From: Ranitomeya imitator
Taxonomy: Eukaryota
Length of the DNA: 64,000 bases
Direction of reading: 5' to 3'
Assembly (NCBI RefSeq): GCF_032444005.1
Contig: NC_091282.1
Location: 681,008,001 to 681,072,000, forward strand
The notes beneath the pieces are model-generated. The model saw only the letters and a list, made by a program, of their open reading frames with translations. It had not been told where the DNA came from and made no database searches. A program made the position numbers and the translations under genes. Shown piece after piece: positions 1 through 11,580 of the stretch (the stretch's first letter is position 1; every line of letters begins with the position of its first letter).

Positions 1-1508
1 GCACAATGCGCACACACTGTGAGGATTCACAAGTCTGCAGTCACACAGAGTGACTGCAGACTTTAACATAAAACCTGGACTACTTCTTTAACCAAAACCA
101 CTGTAGTAGTGTAATGATCCAGGCCGAGGTTTGTTTCATGTTATTCTCTCCCCAGTCTGGTAATGCGGGGGTTAACCTCTGCTTCGTTTTAGATTCTGTG
201 TGGCTATTTCAGTCTGCTGTGGCCTGCAAACCAACGTCAGGGATAGTTCATGCTCCCCGGCTAGAACAGCTGACCTCTTGATACCGTGTTTTGTCCTCTA
301 CCCGTTTACTCTGTTCCCGTGACGTCCCTTTCCTGCCACCCCACTTGTCTTAGTGTTCGCTCCCTGTGCTTGGACCTTTTGTTATGGGACCTGGCTTGTC
401 CTCTGACCTGCTTTACTGTCTCTCATCTCTGTTATTTCTGCTCCCGTCTAGCTCTGACTTCTGGCTTGTATTTGACCAGGTGTATTGCTGTGACCTCTGG
501 TACTTCTTGTCCTGACAGTTTCTGACTCGGCCCATCTGACCACTCTTTCGTCACCATGAGGCTCTTGTGCTGCTGATCTGAGGTGTGGCGCTGTGTGTGC
601 AACATCTCTTCCCTCACCAGCATACCCTGGTGGAGGTTGCGCTATACTGCACTACAGCAGCAATACAACTAGGACAACTAGGACTGATATCTGTCACGGT
701 TCCAATCTTAGTGTGTCTGGGATGCTGTTACTGACAGTTCAGCCATCCAATCTAGTACAGGGACGTACCTATATTTACAGGTATATTTTATCTTTCTTGT
801 CTTCATGGATATATTAGTTACTATGGGGTCAGACCCTCCTAATTAGAGTTTTGGGTATTTATATGTCATCGCATGGGGGCTTCGCTGACTTTACGGCTTG
901 TAGTTCTTACTGGATTACTTTGGTTTTTCTACAGCTACTATTTTTTCCTCAGTCTATTTTACATACAGCACGCTGAACATTTACAGGTACAGCTCTGTGG
1001 TGGTTTTTTTAGTGTTTTACTTCGATTGGTTTCTTATTTCTATTTATATGGGCAGATATGGACAGACAGTATTTTTCATACACATGTTCTCACTTGTATA
1101 TATCTGTATAGTCCACGTCTTGTTTCTGGTGTTTATACTTTCATACACTTCGGTTCGGACCGAATTTGGTTGTTTACTCATGTCTGGTTTTTCCTTTTAG
1201 TATTCTGTTCTCATTCATTATGTTTTTCTTTCTTGGAGATCCTTTAACTTTTTTTCCACACATCCCCTTTGTTTGGTCCGTTGGGCATCTATCTTCCTTA
1301 TTGCTTAATAAAGATTATTGTCTTTTATTCCTACATAGTGTTTTCTGATCACATGGTGTCTCCAGTCTCTTCTTTTTTATTAAATACCTTTTTCTTTGTC
1401 GTCTTCTTCTCTGCTGTGATTTATTCAGCCTTATATCATGACATATGGTCTCTTATTTGAATTTATTTCATTAATAAGAATGTATCCTTCTTTTGTCCTA
1501 TTATCATA

Positions 1509-1551
1509 GACTACCTTGATAAAGGCATTGCATGCCGAAACGTTGGAGTTT
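1509..1551 (+). ncRNA. Hammerhead-ribozyme-like motif (minimal type I, U3-A8 core variant), probable Penelope-like element end
   Basis: TTGATAA-A (1516-1523), stem II GGCA/TGCC (1524-1536), GAAACGTT with a palindromic ACGT stem III, imperfect stem I (GACTACC/GGAGTT). AATAAA follows at about 1582. Confidence 0.5.
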
Positions 1552-1707
1552 TGATGTCTGTCTTCTTGTTGGCTGATTACGAATAAATCATTTTTTCTAC
1601 TGAGAGTAAATGTTTGTGGACTTGTTGAGTGCCGAAGGTTACCTTTTCTATACTTAACTGGGCTGTTACTCCCATATATCTGCCAAAACATGCATTCAAC
1701 TACTGTG

Positions 1708-2608
1708 TGTTAGGGCTAGCGGAACGCACCGAGTAAATAGAGATGTTTATTGATATTGGTGCGTTCGCAGCCCGGGGTCCACCGTGCAGGAGTACCTGCT
1801 GCTAGCAAACGGCGGAGCTATATGGCGGTATAGACTAACTCAGTTAATTCACTGAGTAGCCGTGAAAGGAAAGCACTGTGCCCTGTTAGACTCCACAGAG
1901 GCACAGGCTAACTGCCCAAACAGAGAGCAGTCAGTGGTCACACAAACACACAAAACTCCTCGCCGGAGGAGCCAGCATTCTAGGGGCTTATTTCAGCCGG
2001 GTCCCTGAATACACTCAGACTCAATCTCCTCGCCGGAGGAGCCAGCATTCTAGGGGCTTATTTCAGCTGGGTCCCTGAACACACATACATGTGACCACAC
2101 TGGCGCAAAGCACATAACATAAGACAATACTAGCGCATGGCCGTGCGGTCATGCGCAGTTTATATAGTTGCAGCACAGGAAGCTGCTACTGAAGTTTTTG
2201 CCCTTTCAGGACCTTCCAGAAGGACCAATGGAAAGTGCTGCAGTACCTGAGCATGTTTTGCCCTTTCAGGACCTTCCAGAAGGACCAATGGAATGTACTG
2301 CAGCACCTGAGCATGTGACCGAACATGTGGCCCTCGACCTCCAATGGGAGACCCTGCCCTGGGCATGCTCAGTGTGAGTAAACAAGGACTTAGTCCCAGA
2401 GAGGCTCGCTCGCCGCAGATCAGTGCAGGGTACCATAGGAAAGCCAGAAAAGGCAGTAGTGACCCTATGCACCGAATCAGCCCCAGCGAGACGCTGGGAG
2501 CGACATCTCCGCTGAGCAGAGCCCAGTGCGGCCGATACCGAATGGGAGACCGCAGCAGACATGGATCGAGATTCCCCCTGTGCAGCAGAGGAAACTCGAC
2601 TCCTAACA
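1708..2608 (-). repeat. 3' LTR of element A
   Basis: Direct repeat of 6776-7676 with about 10 substitutions by eye. Contains internal 61-bp and 60-bp tandem duplications. Confidence 0.97.
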
Positions 2609-5600
2609 TTACCCCCCCTCCTAGGGCCCCCCCTCCTTGAGCCTCACTACGCTCAAAAGCTGCAATAAGCAGCGGAGCCCGAATGTGCTCCACAGGCTCC
2701 CAGGTTCTATCCTCTGGGCCGTGACCCTTCCAGTCCACCAGATAAAATTTCTTGCCACGTACCACCTTGCACCCCACAATAGCATTCACCTCAAACTCAT
2801 CCGTGGATGAACCCGATGTCCCAGCAGATGACTCGGAAAACCGGGACAAATGAACGGGCTTTAAGAGGGAAACGTGGAAAGTATCGGTGATAACAAGGCG
2901 TGGAGGAATAGCCAAACGGTAGACCACAGGGTTGACCTGTTCCAGAACCTTAAACGGGCCAATGTAGCGAGGAGCAAACTTAGTGGACTCAACTCGCAGC
3001 CTGATGTTACGGGCGGAGAGCCACACTGAGTCGCCAGGAGCAAAGACCGGAGCGGGGCGCCGGTGTGTATCAGCCGAAACCCTCATTCTCTCCTTGGAGG
3101 CCCGGATGGCATCCTGTGTGCGGTCCCAGATGTCACGTGCCTCCACCGCCCAGTCTGCCACCCTAGAATCGGTGGATGACACGGGCATGGGCACAGGGAC
3201 ACGCGGATGCTGGCCGTAATTAAGGAGAAAAGGAGTTTGACCAGTGGAATCGGCTACGGCGTTGTTCAGGGCAAATTCCGCCCAAGGTAGCAAAGATGCC
3301 CAGTCATCCTGCCTAGCAGAGACGAAATGTCGCAAATATGTCACCAGAGTCTGGTTGGTTCTCTCCACCAACCCATTCGTCTCGGGATGGTATGCAGAGG
3401 AGAGGTTTAACTCTATGCTGAGTAAACGGCAGAGCTCTCTCCAAAACCGAGATGCGAACTGGGGACCCCGATCGCTGACAATCTTATCAGGCATACCATG
3501 CAAACGGAAAACGTGTTTAATGAACAACACCGCCAAGGCCCGTGCTGAGGGTAACCGAGGAAGCGGCACTAAATGCACCATCTTGGAGAAATGGTCGGTG
3601 ACAACCCAAATAATGGAGCAGCCACGCGACTTGGGTAGACCCACCACAAAGTCCATCCCGACCATCTCCCAGGGCCTGTCTGCCACCGGTAGAGGGTAAA
3701 GCAACCCAGCAGGCCGTTGCCGAGAAGACCGATTCTGGGCGCAAGAAACGCACGCCTGAATATAGTCCTTGACATCTCGGGCCATATGCGGCCACCAGTA
3801 TGTTCTCGCCAGAAGCTCAGATGTCCTCTTGGTCCCAAAATGCCCACCCACTCTGGAGGAGTGAGCCCAAGAGAGAACCTCCGGTCGCAAGTTAGCTGGT
3901 ACGAAAGTCTTGCCCGGGGGCACAGACTCTAGCGAAACCGGAGCTACAGTTCTCAGGCTCTCAGAAGGGACAATAAGCCGAGGCTCCTCCTCCTCCTCCG
4001 ATGACACCACGGAGCGGGAGAGAGCGTCAGCACGAACGTTCTTCTCCCCGGAGAGGAAATGGAGAGTAAAATGGAACCGGGAGAAGAACAGGGACCATCT
4101 AGCCTGGCGAGAATTCAGCCGCTGGGCCGTTTGCAGATACACCAAGTTCTTGTGGTCAGTGAAGACTTGGAAGGGAAAGCGAGCTCCCTCCAAGAGATGT
4201 CTCCACTCCGAAAAAGCCAACTTCATGGCCAGCAACTCCCTGTCCCCGATGGAATAATTCCTCTCCGCTGGTGTGAAGGTCTTGGAGAAGAAGAAGCAAG
4301 GATGCTTCCGACCTTGAGCATCCTTTTGGAAAAGGACTGCTCCAGCACCAACGGATGAGGCATCCACCTCCAAGATAAATGGCTTATCAACATCGGGGCG
4401 ATGTAGGATGGGAGCGCTAGCGAAGTGTGACTTGATCGAGAGAAAGGCTTTGGAGACCTCCTCTGACCACAACTTGGGATTTGCTCCCTTCTTGGTGAGG
4501 GCAACCAAGGGAGCTACCAAAGTTGAGAAGTGTGGAATGAACTGGCGATAGTAATTAATGAACCCCATAAAGCGCTGCACCGCTTTAAGAGAATGGGGTT
4601 CCTGCCAGTCCATTACAGCCTGTAGCTTGGCAGGATCCATAGCCAAACCCTGGGCAGAGATGATATAACCAAGGAAAGGCAAGGACTCCTGCTCAAACAC
4701 ACACTTCTCCAACTTGGCGTAGAGGGAGTTTGCCCGTAAGAGGTCGAAGACTTTGCAAACATCATTCCGAAGGGAGTCAATATCTGGAGAGAAGATGAGA
4801 ATATCATCCAGATAGACTACGACCGAGGTGGTGAGCATATCCCGGAAGATGTCGTTCACAAAGTCTTGGAAAATGGCTGGGGCATTACAGAGCCCGAAGG
4901 GCATCACCAGATATTCATAGTGCCCATCCCTGGTGTTAAAAGCCGTCTTCCATTCATCCCCCTCACGGATGCGAATCAGGTTGTAAGCACCCCGCAGATC
5001 TAACTTTGTAAATACCCTCGCTCCCCGTAGCCTATCAAACAGCTCAGATATCAGGGGTAGTGGGTACTTGTTCTTAACGGTGATGGCGTTAAGACCCCTG
5101 TAGTCTATGCATGGACGTAAGTCTCCAGTCTTCTTCTGTACGAAGAAGAACCCTGCCCCTGCCGGTGACACTGACTTCCTAATGAATCCTCTTGCCAGAT
5201 TCTCCTGGATGTACTGGGACATTGCCTCCGTCTCCGGGAGAGATAACAGATAGACTCGACCCTGGGGAGGCTCAGCACCAGGCAAGAGGTCAATAGGACA
5301 GTCATAGGGGCGGTGAGGCGGAAGGGTCTCCGCAGCTCTTTTGGAGAACACGCCTGCATAGGGCCAATAGTGCTTGGGGAGAGAGGAAAGATCTGCGGGT
5401 ACCTGTGTAGTAGCAACCTGAACGCACTCCCTCAGACATCTACCCTCGCAAGATTTACTCCATCCCAAAATTCTCCCAGAGGACCACTCAATATGAGGAG
5501 AATGGTAGCGAAGCCATGGTATCCCCAACAGGACCTCATCAATTCCCTCAGGAATAACTAATAGGGAGATTATCTCCTGATGTGATGGAGACACAGATAG

Positions 5601-6746
5601 CGTGAAAGGAATGGTTTGGTGGGTAATCTGTGAAGGTAGTGTTGACCCATTTACCACTCGAACGGTTACCGGCTTGGCGAGCATCACCAAGGGTATTGCG
5701 TGACGCTGGGCAAAAGCGGAAGACATAAAGTTACCCTCTGCCCCAGAATCCACGCATAGCTTGACCATAAGAGTGGATGGGCCTATGGTAATTGTCCCCT
5801 TGAAGGACAACTTTGAGGCAAACGTCGCCGTGTCTAGTGTACCTCCTCCAACTGCCACTAGACGCTGACGTTTCCCCGACCACTGAGGACCCTTGGAGGC
5901 AAGGTGTCCTGACTGCTGGCAAACATGACGGATCTTATGTGCACGGGCGGACTGAGACTTGGATCCCGCTCGTGTCACCTCTAAGGCCTCATGTGACTCG
6001 GATGCCTGGACTGGAGATTCCAAAGGTTTGGCGAAGGTGGGAACCAGCCGAAACCTCTGCCTACACTGGGCTCGCTCCAACCTCCGCTCGTTAAAACGGA
6101 GGTCGATACGAGTAGAGACAGTTATTAACTCCTCCAGTGTGGCAGGAATCTCCCTAGTGGCCAGAGCGTCCTTAATGTGGTCAGCCAGGCCCCTCCAAAA
6201 TATGGGGATAAGGGCTTTATCCGACCACTCCAGCTCGGAAGCTAAAGTACGGAAGCGGACGGAAAATTGGCTGACCAAGGACTCACCCTGAGTTAATGCC
6301 AGTAGTTGGAGCGCTGTGTCATGGGTGACTTGAGGTCCTAAAAAGACCTTTTTCAGAGTGCTCAGGAACAACGGAGCACTCTGCACCACATGATCACCAC
6401 GCTCCCACAGCGGCGTAGCCCACTCCAACGCCCTGTCCGACAAAAGAGACACAATAAATCCCACCTTAGCCCGCTCTGTAGGAAAACGTGCAGCCAGGAG
6501 CTCGAGGTGAATAGAGCACTGACTCACGAATCCCCTACAAGTTTTGCTATTTCCAGAAAATTTTTCTGGCAGCGGGAGGCGAGATAACGTCGGAACAGGG
6601 GTGGCAGTGGACAAGGTTGCTGCAGCCACGCTAGCAGCCTGTACAGCAACTGCGGTAACATCCACAGCTGAGGTTGAGCTCTCGAGAGCCGCCAACCTAC
6701 CCTCCAGCTGCTGGATATACCGCAAAAATTGCTGAATGTCCGCCAT
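2160..6746 (-). CDS. gag-pol: Gag-Pol polyprotein (gag, aspartic protease, RT, RNase H, integrase, chromodomain), 1528 aa, running through the U3 of the 3' LTR
   Basis: Motifs CVDSGA, YLDDILIF, EVDAS, the integrase zinc-binding H..H/C..C and MDF/SDRG/ERTN, and chromodomain FEVNAIVG..YLVDWKG. The Gag zinc knuckle is degenerate (RHVC...HLASKG). Confidence 0.95.
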   Translation of the reverse strand: MADIQQFLRYIQQLEGRLAALESSTSAVDVTAVAVQAASVAAATLSTATPVPTLSRLPLPEKFSGNSKTCRGFVSQCSIHLELLAARFPTERAKVGFIVSLLSDRALEWATPLWERGDHVVQSAPLFLSTLKKVFLGPQVTHDTALQLLALTQGESLVSQFSVRFRTLASELEWSDKALIPIFWRGLADHIKDALATREIPATLEELITVSTRIDLRFNERRLERAQCRQRFRLVPTFAKPLESPVQASESHEALEVTRAGSKSQSARAHKIRHVCQQSGHLASKGPQWSGKRQRLVAVGGGTLDTATFASKLSFKGTITIGPSTLMVKLCVDSGAEGNFMSSAFAQRHAIPLVMLAKPVTVRVVNGSTLPSQITHQTIPFTLSVSPSHQEIISLLVIPEGIDEVLLGIPWLRYHSPHIEWSSGRILGWSKSCEGRCLRECVQVATTQVPADLSSLPKHYWPYAGVFSKRAAETLPPHRPYDCPIDLLPGAEPPQGRVYLLSLPETEAMSQYIQENLARGFIRKSVSPAGAGFFFVQKKTGDLRPCIDYRGLNAITVKNKYPLPLISELFDRLRGARVFTKLDLRGAYNLIRIREGDEWKTAFNTRDGHYEYLVMPFGLCNAPAIFQDFVNDIFRDMLTTSVVVYLDDILIFSPDIDSLRNDVCKVFDLLRANSLYAKLEKCVFEQESLPFLGYIISAQGLAMDPAKLQAVMDWQEPHSLKAVQRFMGFINYYRQFIPHFSTLVAPLVALTKKGANPKLWSEEVSKAFLSIKSHFASAPILHRPDVDKPFILEVDASSVGAGAVLFQKDAQGRKHPCFFFSKTFTPAERNYSIGDRELLAMKLAFSEWRHLLEGARFPFQVFTDHKNLVYLQTAQRLNSRQARWSLFFSRFHFTLHFLSGEKNVRADALSRSVVSSEEEEEPRLIVPSESLRTVAPVSLESVPPGKTFVPANLRPEVLSWAHSSRVGGHFGTKRTSELLARTYWWPHMARDVKDYIQACVSCAQNRSSRQRPAGLLYPLPVADRPWEMVGMDFVVGLPKSRGCSIIWVVTDHFSKMVHLVPLPRLPSARALAVLFIKHVFRLHGMPDKIVSDRGPQFASRFWRELCRLLSIELNLSSAYHPETNGLVERTNQTLVTYLRHFVSARQDDWASLLPWAEFALNNAVADSTGQTPFLLNYGQHPRVPVPMPVSSTDSRVADWAVEARDIWDRTQDAIRASKERMRVSADTHRRPAPVFAPGDSVWLSARNIRLRVESTKFAPRYIGPFKVLEQVNPVVYRLAIPPRLVITDTFHVSLLKPVHLSRFSESSAGTSGSSTDEFEVNAIVGCKVVRGKKFYLVDWKGHGPEDRTWEPVEHIRAPLLIAAFERSEAQGGGALGGGVMLGVEFPLLHRGNLDPCLLRSPIRYRPHWALLSGDVAPSVSLGLIRCIGSLLPFLAFLWYPALICGERASLGLSPCLLTLSMPRAGSPIGGRGPHVRSHAQVLQYIPLVLLEGPERAKHAQVLQHFPLVLLEGPERAKTSVAASCAATI

Positions 6747-6763
6747 TTACTAGCCAGACCCTG

Positions 6764-6774
6764 GCGCTAGTATT
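6764..6774 (-). promoter_or_regulatory. Primer-binding site of element A, self-complementary type
   Basis: Minus-strand AATACTAGCGC lies 1 nt inside the 5' LTR boundary and is perfectly complementary to 7194-7204 in the LTR. Confidence 0.8.
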
Positions 6775-6775
6775 C

Positions 6776-7676
6776 TGTTAGGGCTAGCGGAACGCACCGA
6801 GTAAATAGAGATGTTTATTGATATTGGTGCGTTCGCAGCCCGGGGTCCACCGTGCAGGAGTACCTACTGCTAGCAAACGGTGGAGCTATATGGCGGTATA
6901 GACTAACTCAGTTAATTCACTGAGTAGCCGTGAAAGGAAAGCACTGTGCCCTGTTAGACTCCACAGAGGCACAGGCTAACTGCCCAAACAGAGAGCAGTC
7001 AGTGGTCACACAAACACACAAAACTCCTCGCCGGAGGAGCCACCATTCTAGGGGCTTATTTCAGCCGGGTCCCTGAATACACTCAGACTCAATCTCCTCG
7101 CCGGAGGAGCCAGCATTCTAGGGGTTTATTTCAGCCGGGTCCCTGAACACACATACATGTGACCACACTGGCGCAAAGCACATAACATAAGACAATACTA
7201 GCGCATGGCTGCGCGGTCATGCGCAGTTTATATAGTTGCAGCACAGGAAGCTGCTACTGAAGTTTTTGCCCTTTCAGGACCTTCCAGAAGGACCAATGGA
7301 AAGTGCTGCAGTACCTGAGCATGTTTTGCCCTTTCAGGACCTTCCAGAAGGACCAATGGAATGTACTGCAGCACCTGAGCATGTGACCGAACATGTGGCC
7401 CTCGACCTCCAATGGGAGACCCTGCCCTGGGCATGCTCAGTGTGAGTAAACAAGGACTTAGTCCCAGAGAGGCTCGCTCGCCGCAGATCAGTGCAGGGTA
7501 CCATAGGAAAGCCAGAAAAGGCAGTAGTGACCCTATGCACCGAATCAGCCCCAGCGAGACGCTGGGAGCGACGTCTCCGCTGAGCAGAGCCCAGTGCGGC
7601 CGATACCAAATGGGAGACCGCAGCAGACACGGATCGAGATTCCCCCTGTGCAGCAGAGGAAACTCGACTCCTAACA
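6776..7676 (-). repeat. 5' LTR of element A with TATA box (minus-strand TATATAAA, 7234-7227)
   Basis: TG...CA termini and a near-identical partner at 1708-2608. Confidence 0.97.
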
Positions 7677-7681
7677 CTGTG

Positions 7682-10600
7682 TAGTTTGTCTCTCTGTGCC
7701 TTGCGCTCTGTTGGTAGAGTTTTCCTTGTCTGACCTTGGGCCTAGTCCTGACCATGTCTGTTTAACCCCTTCTACTCTTATCCGCTATCCTCCTGGCATT
7801 CTGACCTTGGAATGTTACCTGATTACGCCTTTGTCTCTTCCTTCTGTTTATGACGTACCTTCCTGGCTTTTGACCTTGGACCTCTTGACCACTCTGCCTC
7901 ATGTCCTTCATGTTGCCCCTTGTTCTCTGGTGGAGGCCATGACCTATAACAAGCGAATGGACCACCGGATCCTTGAGAAACATGGTGAACAGAAGGCTGC
8001 CCATTATATTTCCCAGGAGCAGAAGTCATTTACCAGATGTGGAGCCATTGGAGGTTAGAGTTGCAAGTCTTCATGTTATGGATAAAACACATAGACAAGA
8101 TCAACCAACTTGTTTTCAGGCTAGCAAACCATCAGGAGAATGTCTGAGTCTGGGTGATGGCCGAGGAGGTCACCCAGACTCCCAGGTACCTATTTCTTTC
8201 TCTGATAAAGTATTGATAAATATGGTGTTATCCTTTGAAAATCAGGTGTTATCAACATTGGTATTTATTGACTGTGGGTCTGCTGCTAAGTTTATTGATC
8301 CGGGACTGGTTCTGAAGTTATGGTTAGGGACAGTTCGTTTAGAAAGACCCATTCAAATTTCACCCTTGACAAGACACCAATAGCCCAGAATTTGGTCAAG
8401 AGGGTAACTGTGGATTTCACGCTTCAAGTGGGAGCAATCCACTCTGAATCTATCTCCTGTTTTGTTTTGGATAATTTTTCTGCTGGGTTGGTACTGAGGC
8501 TTCCCTGGTTGCAGATTCAAAATCCTGTTATTGATTGGTGTCAGAAGGAGATTGTTAAATGGAACCATAGATGTTGCAAGAAATGTCTAAAAACTGTACA
8601 AGTATGCTCTGCTAGTGTGAAGGGTCTGCTGTGGTACCTGAAGGACTTCAGAGATGTGTTCTTGGAAAAAAGAGGTGGAGATACTACCTCCCTATCGTCC
8701 TAATGATTGTGCTATTGATCTTATTCCTAATGCCAAATTGTCTTAAGCTCTCCTTTACAATTTTTCTGGGTCTGATAGGACCAACTTGAAAGAATATGTT
8801 AAAGAAAATTTACGGAAGGGTCATATCCATCCTTCCTCCTCCCCTGTAGCTGCTGGATTTTTCTTTGTAAAAAAGAAAGATGGGGGGTCTCCGACCTTGC
8901 CTCGATTTTCGAGAGCTAAACAAAATCATGATTAAAAATACTTACCCACTTCCACTCATCCCCGACCTATATAATCAGCTTCTGGGGGCCAGGGTGCTTT
9001 CTAAATTTGAAGTTAGAGGGGCTTAAAATTTGATACGCATCTGAAAGGGTGCTAAGTGGAAAGCGTCATTTTTAACAGCTGATGGTCTATTTGAAAACTC
9101 ATGCCATGCTGTGTTTCAAAATTTTATGAATTATATTTTCTCTGATTTGCATTAGAAGATATGTTGTGATTTACCTAGATGATATAATTTTCTCACCATT
9201 TTTGGACTTTCACCATGAACATGTGTTCTGTTACAAAAGTTGAGGGAGAACTCGGGTTGATGGAGAATTAGAGAAATGTGTTTTTTCTGTTCAGGAAATC
9301 TTGTCAGCATAAGGGTTTAAGATGGACCCTGGGAAGGTGCAGGCCATAATTGATTCAGTTCAACCTCATGATCTTAAAGCTTTGCAGCATTTTCTGGGAT
9401 TCGCTATTGTAGAAAATGTATTAAGGGTTTTTCTCAGATTGCTAAACCTCTTACTGACTTTACATGTAAGGGGGCGAATCTCAAGGTTTGGTCGCCGGGT
9501 ACTTCCAGGACTTTTGAAAAATTAAGTGTGTTTCATGTCTTCTCCGACTCTGATCCAACCAGATCTCCAAGAACCTTTAATTGTGGATATGGATGCCTCG
9601 GATGTCAGAGTAGGGGCAGTTTTATCTCAGGGGACCAAAATCCTGACTAACCTGAGTCCATGTGCTTTTTTTTTGTTAATAAATGTTGTCTGCGGAAAGA
9701 AATTTTTATGAGGGAATTGCAAGTTACTTATTTTTCTCTAGGTTTAACTTTTCAATTACGTTCAGGCCTGAGTCTAAGAATGTGAAAGTTGACGCATTAT
9801 CTTGTAGTCTTGATTCAGTTTCTTCTCCAGAACCTCCATCCTCCATTATTCCTCAGGGTATTGTGGTTTCTATGGTAACACTGGAATAGGAAGAGGAGAT
9901 CCGTAAAGTCCAGTCATTGGCTCCTTTTGCTACTCCAGGGTCCAAATTATTTGTGACTGTGTACCTAAGATTGCGGGTGTTACAGGTATTTCATGATGCC
10001 ATCTTAAGTGGTCATCCTGGGGTTACTGATACAAGAAAAGCTATTGCTAGACTTTTTTGGTGGCCATCCATGAATAATGATATTAACGATTTTGTATCTG
10101 TTTGTGAAGTCTGCGGACGCGCTTAAGTCAGTCATTGCTGGTCATCCGCGCAGTTTGCTCCATTGCCAATTCCAGAAAGACCATGGACTCATTTGTCCAT
10201 GGATTTCATCACGAATTTGCCTCTTGTAGGAAAACTGCTTTCTGGGTGATAGTTGACCAATTCAGTAAACAAGCTAGTTGTGTTCCATTATCAGGATTAC
10301 CTAATGCAGAGACACTCTACAGGTTGTTTCTCATATTGTAAGGGTACCGTCACACTAAAACGACGCTGCAGCGATACGACAACGATGTCGATCGCTGCAG
10401 CGTAGCTGTTTGGTCGCTGGAGAGCTGTTACACAGACAGCTCTCCAGCGACCAACGATCCCGGTCCCCTGGTAGCCAGGGTAAACATCGGGTTACTAAGC
10501 GCAGGGCCGCGCTTAGTAACCCGATGTTTACCCTGGTTACCAGCGTAAACGTAAAAAAACCAATCACTACATACTTACCTTCCATGTCTGTCCTCCGGCG

Positions 10601-11580
10601 CTGTGCTTTCCTCTGCACTGTCAGCACCGGTCAGCCGTAAAGCAGAGCGGTGACGTCACCGCTGTGCTTACCGGCTGGCCGGCGCTCACAGCCAGTGCAG
10701 AGAAGCACAGCGCCGGAGGACAGACACGGAAGGTAAGTATGTAGTGTTTGTTTTTTTTACGTTTACGCTGGTAACCAGAGTAAACATCGGGTTACTAAGC
10801 GCGGCCCTGCGCTTAGTAACCCGATATTTACCCTGGTTACCAGTGAAGACATCGCTGAATCGGCATCACACACGCCGATTCAGCGATGTCAGCGGGAGAT
10901 CCAGCGCCGAAAGAAAGTTTCAAACGATCTGCTACGACGTACGATTCTCAGCGAGGTCCCTGATCGCAGTAGCGTGTCAGACACAGCGAGATCGTAAGGA
11001 TATCGCTGGAACGTCACGGATCGTGCCGTCCTAACGATCAAAGTGCCACTGTGTGACGGTACCCTAAGGTTACATGGGATCTCTCTCAACATTGTGTCTG
11101 ATAGGGGAGTACAATTTGTCTGAAAACGTTGGAGACCTTTTTGTAGTAAACTCGGGATTGACTTGTCATTTTCATCTGCTTACCACCCTGAAACAAACGG
11201 TCAGAATGAGATGATAAATCAAACTTTGGAACAAATTTGAAGGTGATTTGTGACAGCTCGGCAGGAGGACTGGTCTTCCTTTTTACCCCTCGCTGACTTT
11301 GCTTTTTATGGTCGAGTAAGTCAGTCTACTCGAACCTCACAATTCTTCCGTAATTATGGTTTTCATCCCCATTTTGGTGAATTTTATTGGATTAGTTCTG
11401 AATGTCCTCGGGTGGAGGTTGCTGTACAGAGACTTGGGGCTGTCTGGAGGGAGGTTCAAAAGAATATTGGGACTGCTCAGATTTGCCAAAAATGGAAGGC
11501 TGATAATAAACGGCGGGTGGGACCTGTTTTTAAGATTGGGGATAAAGTTTGGTTGTCATCTAGGAACATTAAACTTAAAG
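7682..11580 (+). pseudogene. Decayed Gypsy gag-pol, interrupted by a MITE and truncated by a Tc1 relic
   Basis: Fragmentary ORFs with FIDCGSAAKFID (protease), MDPGKVQAI (RT), DASDVRVGAVLSQ (RNase H) and HDAILSGHPG / DQFSKQ (integrase). Many stops and frameshifts. Confidence 0.85.
10342..11064. mobile_element. PIF/Harbinger-type MITE with large internal hairpins
   Basis: 14-bp TIR GGGTACCGTCACAC and TAA TSD. Removing it restores the integrase frame H-I-V-R-L-H-G. Same family as 51947-52697. Confidence 0.88.

Larger units (their letters stand above)
1708..7676 (-). mobile_element. Full-length Ty3/Gypsy chromovirus LTR retrotransposon (element A)
   Basis: Two 901-bp TG...CA LTRs, 5-bp TSD CTGTG (1703-1707 and 7677-7681), polypurine tract next to the left LTR, single gag-pol ORF. 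Confidence 0.97.

Noticed and set aside
1698-7686. Palindromic target of element A: AACTA[CTGTG]TAGTT
   Set aside because: It is real in this copy, but the related solo LTR and the other insertions show no such symmetry, and a 5-bp match in one case can be chance.
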